From the IMG/VR virus record IMGVR_UViG_3300032288_005579: 64,000 bases of DNA, one strand, 5' to 3'. The notes under the pieces were generated by a model. It did not search any database, was not told where the DNA came from, and saw nothing but the letters and a program-made list of their open reading frames with translations. The position numbers and the translations under genes were made by a program. This stretch comes from a virus. Shown one piece after another: positions 17,703 through 25,823 of this stretch (its first letter is position 1; every line of letters starts with the position of its first letter).

Positions 17703-20700
17703 GCGACATAGTAAAATCAAAACTACCGCTATCCAAGATAGATAAAATACATCACGTATCGGACGTACACATTAGGAATTACAAACGACACGCAGAATAC
17801 AATCGTGTGTTCAATAGGTTGTACGATAGGATAAAAACAAATCTAACTAAGAACGATCTTATAGTTCTTACTGGTGATATAGTACACTCTAAAACGGACG
17901 TCACACCCGAACTGTTCAACGAGGTTCAAAAGTTCCTAAACGGTCTGTGTGACATCGCACCGGTGCTCATGATACCCGGAAATCACGATACGAACCTCAA
18001 TAATTCTCACAGACTCGACGCGTTGACCCCGATAGTAAATGCTATGGCGTCATCTAAGCTAGAGTACTATAAAGATTCCGCCATAATTCGCTTAGGTAAT
18101 GTGGATTTTTACCACTGGTCTGTCATGGACGATGAACAGGACTACCCGTCTGTTATGGAAAATTCCCAAGTAAACATCGCGCTCTATCATGGTCCCGTAA
18201 ACAATTGCACGACTGAAGCTGGGTTCATCATAGAGAACGAGAGCATGACTGTGGAAAAATTCCGAGGCTTTGATGTGGTTCTTTTGGGCGACATACACAA
18301 GACACAGTTCTTAAACCCACAGAAAACAGTTGCCTATCCAGGATCCTTAATACAACAGAACCACGGAGAAGAACGCAAGCACGGTTATTTGCTATGGGAG
18401 GTAGAAAGCAGATTCGTGGAGTTCGTTGAGGTAGAAAACGACACGGCGTTTTACACCATAGATGTCGATGCGGGTCTACACAAACCCATAGACGAAACGC
18501 TTCCAGAGAATTTGCACCTTCGAGTAAGATACAAGAACACAGATCAAGCAACTCTGCGCGATATAGTCGACAGCGTGAGAAAACAGAAGAACATTGTAGA
18601 AATCACAACTCAGAGGATGAGTACTTTCACCTCTAGCGAAAAGACTCTCGATGCTTCTAAAACGTTGGACTTTAGATCCATAGAACAGCAGAAAAAGTTA
18701 CTCACAGATTTTCTCAAACAGAAGCATGATTTGAAACAAGAGGAGCTCGATAGAGTTCTTGAGATCAACGAACAGGTTAATAAATCACTGAAGAAAAGCG
18801 AAGTACCTAGGAACTCCATGTGGATTCCCAAGCGCTTTGAGTTCGAGAACATGTTCAGCTACGGAAAGAACAATTTCGTCGATTTTACGAACATGAAAGG
18901 TACTTTTGGACTTTTTGCGCCTAACGCAAGTGGTAAGTCCACGTTGCTTGATTCTTTGACGTATTGCATATTCGATAAGTGTACCAAGACCAATCGTGGT
19001 CACCAAGTCATGAACTCAAGTAGCAACACGTTTTACTGTAAATTGAATTTTGAGCTCAACGGGCTCGATTATTTCATAGAGAGAAACGCTAAGCGACAAA
19101 ACTCTGGAAACGTTAGGGTAGAAGTAGATTTCTACTACGTAGATGAAGAAGGAAACAAGATTTCTCTAAACGGAAAAGATCGATCGGACACTAATAATAG
19201 CATAAAAAACTTGCTGGGTAACTACGAGGACTTTGTTTTAACGACACTATCCACACAGAGCAACAATACTGGGTTCATAGACATGAATCAGAAAGACCGT
19301 AAGGACCTACTGAGTCAATTTATGGACATAGGAGTCTTCGAAGAACTGTACAATATAGCAAACGAGACCGCCAGGGAAAATGCAGCGGTACTAAAACACT
19401 TCCAGAAAACCGACTACGAATCAAAACTCTGCGAGATAGAGCACAATCTAGAACAATACAACAAAGATCTAAAAAAACAAAATCTAGAAAAAATTCATTC
19501 AGACTCGGAGAAGTCTGTTTTGACTGATAAGTTAGAAAAACTCATAAAAGAACTTGAGTATGTCGATACTTCTATAATAGACGAAAAGGCAATAAGCAAC
19601 AGCATACAATCTTCGAAAAGCAATTTGGTAGATCTTAAAGAGGCAAAACAATTACTCACTAACGAACTACATGCTCTTGCTATAGAGATAGACGAGTTAC
19701 ATTTTAGAATCGATTCAGTCGATGAAAAATCTCTCAAGACACAATTAGAAGAGTGTAAACAACTCGTAACCGAATTCAATAACGTTAATATAGAGAAACA
19801 AAAGTTATCAGAGCACATTTCCCATAAATTGGATAAAATGGGAAAATTGAAAGAGTTGGAATACGATCCAAACTGTAAGTATTGCATGGGAAATGTGTTT
19901 GTAAAAGACGCCATAACCGCAAAAGAACAAATAACTGCAGATAAAGAGAAGCTTCAAGTGTTAGAAAATAAGCACAAAGAACTCGCCTCTAGTGTAAAAA
20001 AGTGTGCATTGATCGAGCAATCTAGAGATTCTTACGAAGAAGTTAAAAGAATCTTAATGACCCTTAAGAATAAGTCTTCTGAATTGTCTTTGAAACTTGA
20101 GAGAGTCATCAATAAGATAAAATCAGAGGAGGATTCAATAAAATTGGGCGAAGAGAAACTACAACTTAGAAAAAAACAACTCTCTTCCATTAAGAAAAAC
20201 GAAATAACAAATAAAAAGATAGAGGACACCAAGCGTGATATCAAAGTGCTTGATGCGGAAATAAAATTGTTGAACTCCTCGCTATCAGATCTAAACGCGC
20301 AGATAAAGATAACTGAGAAGAGCATAGACGATTTAAGAACTGAGATTGATAAGCGTAAAGGCCTTGAAACTTCTCACCAACTGTATCAATACTATTTAGA
20401 AGCCACTCATAGGGACGGAATACCTCACGAAGTCATATCTGTAACAATACCACAGATAGAAGAGGAAGTCAACAACATCCTTTCTCAATTGGTTGATTTT
20501 AGGATAGTATTTGAAACTGACGATAAGAACGTCAACGCCTACATCGCCTACAGCGAAGAGCGGTTTTGGCCTTTAGAGTTGACTTCCGGAATGGAAAAGT
20601 TCGTCTCGTCCCTAGCAATTCGTACAGCACTTATCAACATATCCACCCTTCCCAGGCCCAATTTTATTGCGATAGACGAGGGCTTTGGATCTTTGGACAA

Positions 20701-20857
20701 ATCAAACCTTGGATCCATGTCGCTGCTCTTCGATTACTTAAAGACCCAATTCAAATTTATAGTTATAATATCCCACATTGACTCTATGCGTGACGTGGTA
20801 GACTCCTACATAGAAATCCACAAAGTAAAAGATAGGTCATTAGTGAACCACGAGTAG
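17699..20857 (+). CDS. Mre11/SbcD nuclease fused to Rad50/SbcC ATPase (gp47-gp46 fusion)
   Basis: Metallophosphoesterase motifs SDVH, TGDIVH, PGNHD, GDIHK. Then Walker A APNASGKST, coiled coil, CKYC zinc hook, TSGMEK signature, IAIDEGFGSLD Walker B/D-loop and IISH. Confidence 0.93.
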   Translation: MSDIVKSKLPLSKIDKIHHVSDVHIRNYKRHAEYNRVFNRLYDRIKTNLTKNDLIVLTGDIVHSKTDVTPELFNEVQKFLNGLCDIAPVLMIPGNHDTNLNNSHRLDALTPIVNAMASSKLEYYKDSAIIRLGNVDFYHWSVMDDEQDYPSVMENSQVNIALYHGPVNNCTTEAGFIIENESMTVEKFRGFDVVLLGDIHKTQFLNPQKTVAYPGSLIQQNHGEERKHGYLLWEVESRFVEFVEVENDTAFYTIDVDAGLHKPIDETLPENLHLRVRYKNTDQATLRDIVDSVRKQKNIVEITTQRMSTFTSSEKTLDASKTLDFRSIEQQKKLLTDFLKQKHDLKQEELDRVLEINEQVNKSLKKSEVPRNSMWIPKRFEFENMFSYGKNNFVDFTNMKGTFGLFAPNASGKSTLLDSLTYCIFDKCTKTNRGHQVMNSSSNTFYCKLNFELNGLDYFIERNAKRQNSGNVRVEVDFYYVDEEGNKISLNGKDRSDTNNSIKNLLGNYEDFVLTTLSTQSNNTGFIDMNQKDRKDLLSQFMDIGVFEELYNIANETARENAAVLKHFQKTDYESKLCEIEHNLEQYNKDLKKQNLEKIHSDSEKSVLTDKLEKLIKELEYVDTSIIDEKAISNSIQSSKSNLVDLKEAKQLLTNELHALAIEIDELHFRIDSVDEKSLKTQLEECKQLVTEFNNVNIEKQKLSEHISHKLDKMGKLKELEYDPNCKYCMGNVFVKDAITAKEQITADKEKLQVLENKHKELASSVKKCALIEQSRDSYEEVKRILMTLKNKSSELSLKLERVINKIKSEEDSIKLGEEKLQLRKKQLSSIKKNEITNKKIEDTKRDIKVLDAEIKLLNSSLSDLNAQIKITEKSIDDLRTEIDKRKGLETSHQLYQYYLEATHRDGIPHEVISVTIPQIEEEVNNILSQLVDFRIVFETDDKNVNAYIAYSEERFWPLELTSGMEKFVSSLAIRTALINISTLPRPNFIAIDEGFGSLDKSNLGSMSLLFDYLKTQFKFIVIISHIDSMRDVVDSYIEIHKVKDRSLVNHE

Positions 20858-20859
20858 TC

Positions 20860-20867
20860 ATATTTAT
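20860..20867 (+). promoter_or_regulatory. Putative late promoter ATATTTAT
   Basis: ATATTTAT-acgt-ATG. Confidence 0.6.
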
Positions 20868-20871
20868 ACGT

Positions 20872-22587
20872 ATGAAGACTACTGTTTTACTCCCCGGAGG
20901 ATTTAAACCTCCACACGTGGGACACCTACAACTCGCAAACGCTTACGCCGCTGATCCCAGTGTTGAAAAAGTGGTGGTGCTTGTCGGTCCCTCTGAGCGA
21001 GACGGAATAGGCCGAAATCAATCTTTAGCCGTTTGGAAACTTCTTCCTACTCACCCAAAAGTGAAAGTAGTCGCTTCTAATGTAGATAATCCCATGGAAG
21101 CAGCGTTTGAAACAGTGTTGAATTTGGACAAATCAGCAACAGGACAATATGCAATGGGAGCTAGTTCAAAGGGATCTGACGCTGAAAGATCCAAGGTATT
21201 TGTTGACTATCTAAGAAAACACAAAACAGTTCCAACTCCTAGAGACAAAAAGATGACGCCGAAAGGCGTAAATCCAGTTTTACTTCCAATAGATACAAGA
21301 CCCTTATTGTATAGAGGTCGTACAGACAAATTGAACGGAACCGGTATAAGCGCTAGCGTGCTCAGAAAAGATCTTAAACTAGGCGACGTAAATAATTTTG
21401 CTACAAACTATCCAGGTGTTCCTAAGAACATCATACAGAACATTTTCGACATACTGTCAAAAAAAAAGCTGAAAACTCCTACTAAAAAGTTAAGAGAATT
21501 TGCTGATATCTTGGAAAGTGTGGCGGTATTTAGAACAGCCATAAGACAATTACTTACAGAGGGAGGAGCAGCTGGACACATGGCCCACCCATTTGATATC
21601 CCTACAGTGAAAAACGGATCTGATCTCATAAAAGTCTTTAAAGACACTGAGACGTATTTAAAGAATAACGAAGTGCCCCTAAAAATAGACGGCATAAATT
21701 CTTCCATTAGGCTTGTAAATACCGATAGTGGTAAAGAATTTGCGTTGGACCGTGGGTCTAACAAATCTCTGGATGTAAAGGGTGTAACAACTAAAGACTT
21801 AAAAGACAGGTTCGAAAAGGGTCATGGAATGATAAAGATCGGTGGCACCGTTCTTAAGATATTCAACGAGGCATTACCGTCTGCTAAATCTGCGTTAAGC
21901 AAATTGGGAATCATGAAGAATCCTAACATTATGCTTAACATAGAATACGTAGAAGGAAAATCTAACGTGCAAAAGTACGAAAAGAATTTCATAGTGATAC
22001 ACAATTTGCTTGAAGTAAAACAGTCGAAAGAGGGAAAAAGGTCTATAGGTGAAATGTCTTATTCTAAAAACGATCTTCAAGCTTTGGTAGATGCTTTGAA
22101 ACCGACAGCTAAAAAGTACGGATTCGAAGTGTTCAATGTGATACCGGCAAAAATGGAAAAGAGTTCTAGTCTTTCAACCGAATTGGGTAAATCCTATACG
22201 GTGAATTACGCTAAAGGTAAGAAAGAAACCAAGACCCTGGATCAGTGGTTGAAGGATGCTAAGAATACTAAAGGTCAGAAACTAAAATTGAAAGACGGTA
22301 AAACTGTCGATGCGTTGAGCAAACAAGTTTTCATGGCGATAAACGGGGGTCAAAACATCCAAGACATGGTCGCTGATCCTAAAGACATGAAAATTGCTAT
22401 AGATTCTTTTGTCATATATCTAGCAACAGAAAAATTAGGAGAAGCTATACTCAAATCAATGAGCTCTCCTTTAGGAGACGTTAACGATCAAGAGGGTATA
22501 GTGGTTAGAAACCCCAAGGTTTACGATAAACCCTATAAGATCACTGGGTCTTTCATAACTAGGGGAATGCAATCACAATTCCGATAA
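20872..22587 (+). CDS. HIGH-type nucleotidyltransferase fused to a ligase-like (KxDG) nucleotidyltransferase domain
   Basis: N-terminal LPGGFKPPHVGH (HxGH motif). C-terminal half has LKIDGIN, LNIEYV, EGIVVR and YKITG. The domains are joined by ILES...LLTEG. Confidence 0.65.
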   Translation: MKTTVLLPGGFKPPHVGHLQLANAYAADPSVEKVVVLVGPSERDGIGRNQSLAVWKLLPTHPKVKVVASNVDNPMEAAFETVLNLDKSATGQYAMGASSKGSDAERSKVFVDYLRKHKTVPTPRDKKMTPKGVNPVLLPIDTRPLLYRGRTDKLNGTGISASVLRKDLKLGDVNNFATNYPGVPKNIIQNIFDILSKKKLKTPTKKLREFADILESVAVFRTAIRQLLTEGGAAGHMAHPFDIPTVKNGSDLIKVFKDTETYLKNNEVPLKIDGINSSIRLVNTDSGKEFALDRGSNKSLDVKGVTTKDLKDRFEKGHGMIKIGGTVLKIFNEALPSAKSALSKLGIMKNPNIMLNIEYVEGKSNVQKYEKNFIVIHNLLEVKQSKEGKRSIGEMSYSKNDLQALVDALKPTAKKYGFEVFNVIPAKMEKSSSLSTELGKSYTVNYAKGKKETKTLDQWLKDAKNTKGQKLKLKDGKTVDALSKQVFMAINGGQNIQDMVADPKDMKIAIDSFVIYLATEKLGEAILKSMSSPLGDVNDQEGIVVRNPKVYDKPYKITGSFITRGMQSQFR

Positions 22588-22592
22588 TTCTC

Positions 22593-23498
22593 ATGAAGGA
22601 TACACAAAAAATAGCGATAATAAGGGATTTCTTGAAGTACTGCTATCATGAGCTTCAGATAAAAGAAGCACCTAAGATCCGTTTACACCATGACAATAAA
22701 GCAGTAAAAGATCAAGCGAGTTTCGGAGGCTATTATCCAGACGGAAAAAGCATTCAAGTGTACATGAAAAACCGGAATTTGGCCGACGTTCTTAGAACTT
22801 TGGGTCATGAACTGGTTCATCACAGTCAACACGAAATAGCTGGTATAGACGTAATGGACGGAGCAACTGGATCAGATTATGAGAACGAAGCGAATAGCAA
22901 AGCTGGTGTTCTATTAAGGAATTACGGAAAGATGAATCCCATGATTTACGAATCAGTAGTTTACATGGAGATGATAAACGAAGAAGACACAAAAGTCTAT
23001 CAGATATACTGTGACATGGACGGGGTATTGTGCGATTTCGATGCGCAATTTGAACACTATTTCGGAAACTCTCCGTCAGAATACAAAAAAGAAAAAGGCA
23101 TACCAAGTTTTAAGAACGCAATAGACGAAGCAGGAAAAGATTTTTGGGCTAACATGCCATGGACTTCAGCGGGAAAAAGACTGTGGGAAAAGATAGGAGA
23201 ATACGGGGTGATAATACTCACGGACCCCTCTAATTTTACAGATTCTAAGAAGGGAAAACTTGAGTGGATAAATCTCCATCTTTCTCCAATGCCGAAAAGC
23301 GTGATATTCAAATCTACCGGTAAAAAACACGAGGTACTTCAGGGTATGAATCCGAATGACGTAGAAAAATGCGTTCTTATAGACGATTCAAAACTTAATA
23401 CTCAACCTTGGGAATCTGCAGGAGGTATAGCATTTGAACATAGCGATAACAATCCCACACATTATCAAGTAGATCTTCTAAAATTAAAAGACAAATAA
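22593..23498 (+). CDS. HEXXH metallopeptidase-like domain fused to a HAD 5'(3')-nucleotidase-like domain
   Basis: RTLGHELVHHSQ...ENEAN, then IYCDMDGVLCDF...FWANMPW...ILTDP...KLEWI...LIDD...W. Linker IYES...MINEE. Confidence 0.8.
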   Translation: MKDTQKIAIIRDFLKYCYHELQIKEAPKIRLHHDNKAVKDQASFGGYYPDGKSIQVYMKNRNLADVLRTLGHELVHHSQHEIAGIDVMDGATGSDYENEANSKAGVLLRNYGKMNPMIYESVVYMEMINEEDTKVYQIYCDMDGVLCDFDAQFEHYFGNSPSEYKKEKGIPSFKNAIDEAGKDFWANMPWTSAGKRLWEKIGEYGVIILTDPSNFTDSKKGKLEWINLHLSPMPKSVIFKSTGKKHEVLQGMNPNDVEKCVLIDDSKLNTQPWESAGGIAFEHSDNNPTHYQVDLLKLKDK

Positions 23499-23503
23499 AA
23501 GTC

Positions 23504-24073
23504 ATGAAAGAATCAAATTTAAACAAAGAGTTTAGTAAACGAGAGGTACAACGGATGAGAAATCTCATCTCTGGACAAATTGGAGAAAAAACCCAAGTCC
23601 AATCTGGATGGGAAAAACAAAAACAATATCGAAAAGAGGGCGAAGTTTGGGAAGAAAACGGAAAAAATTGGACAATAAAAAACGGGATAAAACAGAGTGT
23701 CACAAAGCACGATTCTATAAGGAAATTAGCCCACTTTCCAATAGCCTGTCCAAAGTGTAAAAAACACATGAGGGCAGACGATATAAACAAAAAAATGTAT
23801 TCTATACACTCTATGTGCTTAGATTGTGTCATAGAAATGGAAGCAGAATTGAAAAAACAGGGCACTTTTGAAAGTTACAGTACACAGATTGTAAAGAGCA
23901 ATCAAACAGTTTATTTAAAGGACATTGAAGACGCTCTGGAGGCTTGGTATAAAGACAACGAAACGTATGTTACCGAGAATGGACAGATAGAATCTTGGGT
24001 CGGTGGAAACAAAAAGAATGTTTATGATGCCGTAAAAGAGCAATTGAACCGAATAAAAAGCGAACAGGAGTAG
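23504..24073 (+). CDS. Hypothetical zinc-finger protein
   Basis: CPKC...CLDC pairs in a 189-aa ORF. Confidence 0.7.
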   Translation: MKESNLNKEFSKREVQRMRNLISGQIGEKTQVQSGWEKQKQYRKEGEVWEENGKNWTIKNGIKQSVTKHDSIRKLAHFPIACPKCKKHMRADDINKKMYSIHSMCLDCVIEMEAELKKQGTFESYSTQIVKSNQTVYLKDIEDALEAWYKDNETYVTENGQIESWVGGNKKNVYDAVKEQLNRIKSEQE

Positions 24074-24081
24074 ATATTTAT
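24074..24081 (+). promoter_or_regulatory. Putative late promoter ATATTTAT
   Basis: Starts right after the TAG at 24073, 14 nt before the ATG at 24096. Confidence 0.6.
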
Positions 24082-24095
24082 AAGAAAAAACCAGT

Positions 24096-24758
24096 ATGCT
24101 GACAAGAAAACAACTTAGACTTCTCGAAAATAAACTCAAGAAGCACGCTGTAAAAGAGGGAGAACTCGATGGAGCCGTATCCCAGCTTTTTTTGGTTAAG
24201 AAGCCAGAAGATGGATGCGCAATGAAAGGAATGATTCAACCCATAGATCCTCTAGTAGGTTTACAAGGATCTCAAATGGTACCAGACCAAATACACGGGG
24301 TGTATCCAGATAAAGAATTAGCGGCGACTGTTGCAGAGGGTTTATGCGCAGAATGCATGCAACGTGAACAAGCTCTCGAAGAGAAGAAGTATAAAGTCAC
24401 TGAGAAGTTGAAAAAAGCGATCAATGTGCTTGAAAAGCAACGTACCGAATCTATGAATCTCATAAAAGAGGAACCTGCAAAAGCTGGCGAACACAAGGAC
24501 GTTGTAGCTAATATCACGTCTAAAATAGATGATTACATGACTACTTTAGAGAAAGTGGCAAAGTCTGTTAAGCCTAAAGAAAAAGAAGAGAAGTCGAAAG
24601 ACAAAAAAGATAAAGATAACCTAAAAGAAGATCTTGCCAAACAAGATAATCTTGATAGTGCACAATACCAAAAAGAAAAAGATAAAAAGGGTTTCAAAAA
24701 ATCAGATTGGAAATGGAATCCAAACCAAAGTCTTTATAACAGAAACAGAAAAAAATGA
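24096..24758 (+). CDS. Putative internal head protein
   Basis: Charged 220-aa protein with LLEN, VKEG and LKED motifs. Confidence 0.65.
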   Translation: MLTRKQLRLLENKLKKHAVKEGELDGAVSQLFLVKKPEDGCAMKGMIQPIDPLVGLQGSQMVPDQIHGVYPDKELAATVAEGLCAECMQREQALEEKKYKVTEKLKKAINVLEKQRTESMNLIKEEPAKAGEHKDVVANITSKIDDYMTTLEKVAKSVKPKEKEEKSKDKKDKDNLKEDLAKQDNLDSAQYQKEKDKKGFKKSDWKWNPNQSLYNRNRKK

Positions 24759-25120
24759 TGGACCAGTTCGCTATATTCGTCGGTACTCTGATGCAGAGTC
24801 GCAATCAGGTACACATATACCATTTACAAACTGACTCTTACGCTGCGCACGTAGCGCTTCAAGGGTATTACGATGGGATAGTGGGTTTAATAGACGGATT
24901 GGTAGAATCTTATCAAGGCAGATACGGAATACTTACCGGTTACAGAATGGCAGGAAACATAAAAGAAGATAACAATCCTATTATGTATTTCGAAGGTCTT
25001 TGTAAATTCGTAGAAACGCTGAGATCACAGATTCCCCAAGACTCCTACATCCAGAATCAAGTTGACGAAGTGGTAGCTCTTATAGAGTCAACAAAGTATA
25101 AGCTGAAATTTCTGAAGTGA
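24755..25120 (+). CDS. Ferritin/Dps-like four-helix protein
   Basis: SRNQVHIYHLQT.SYAAHVALQGYYD...IDGLVESYQGRYG follows the Dps-like H..HW...H..L...Y pattern. Confidence 0.65.
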   Translation: MMDQFAIFVGTLMQSRNQVHIYHLQTDSYAAHVALQGYYDGIVGLIDGLVESYQGRYGILTGYRMAGNIKEDNNPIMYFEGLCKFVETLRSQIPQDSYIQNQVDEVVALIESTKYKLKFLK

Positions 25121-25554
25121 TGAATACCACAGACATGATACAATGTAAAAACTGTGGTTGGGAGTGGAAAGCTTCAGAGGGGGGCAAAGATAAGTACATT
25201 TGTCATAAGTGTGGAACAGATAACAGTCCCATAGAAGAACTTCACGAAGGCCAATTTTGTCCGCAGTGTTTAATAGAGTATATACTAGAGAGGTGGAATA
25301 AAGGCATTCTTGAAGAGGCAGAATATCAAGGGAGGACAGTTCCGCTTGGTAAACCCATGGCGGGAGACGTAAAGAAATTTAAGGTCTATGTAAAAAATAA
25401 AAAAGGTAACGTTGTAAAGGTAAACTTCGGACAAAAGGGCGTAAAGATCAAGAAAAATAATCCCGGAAGGAGAAAAAATTTCAGAGCTCGTCATCGTTGT
25501 GATACCGCGAAAGACCGAACCACAGCAAGATACTGGTCTTGCAGAAAGTGGTAA
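25117..25554 (+). CDS. Zinc-ribbon plus basic C-terminal module (putative head cargo)
   Basis: CKNC...CHKC ribbon, linker IEELHE...ILEEAE, then basic KKFKVYVKNKKGNVVKVNFG...RRKNFRARHRC...ARYWSCRKW. Confidence 0.7.
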   Translation: MMNTTDMIQCKNCGWEWKASEGGKDKYICHKCGTDNSPIEELHEGQFCPQCLIEYILERWNKGILEEAEYQGRTVPLGKPMAGDVKKFKVYVKNKKGNVVKVNFGQKGVKIKKNNPGRRKNFRARHRCDTAKDRTTARYWSCRKW

Positions 25555-25565
25555 GGCGTTATTGA

Positions 25566-25823
25566 ATGTTTGTATTGAATATAATAATATGGACGATGGC
25601 AGTAAACACTCAAACAACCTGGAGAAAAACACTAGCGGGGAATCTAGCGACATTCTGTTTGATGATGGCGATGTTTTTCAACCCTCTTGGATTCGACGTG
25701 CTTTTCAAGACAGTGATGGACTTGACAAACAGCTATTGGATTACGGATTTTATTTTCTATGGCGCTGCACTATTATTTCTTGGATTGTATATTTTATTGA
25801 AATCGTATTCTAAAAAACTATGA
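25566..25823 (+). CDS. Small membrane protein with two hydrophobic helices
   Basis: LATFCLMMAMFFNPLGF and WITDFIFYGAALLFLGLYILL. The start may be the ATG at 25596. Confidence 0.6.
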   Translation: MFVLNIIIWTMAVNTQTTWRKTLAGNLATFCLMMAMFFNPLGFDVLFKTVMDLTNSYWITDFIFYGAALLFLGLYILLKSYSKKL

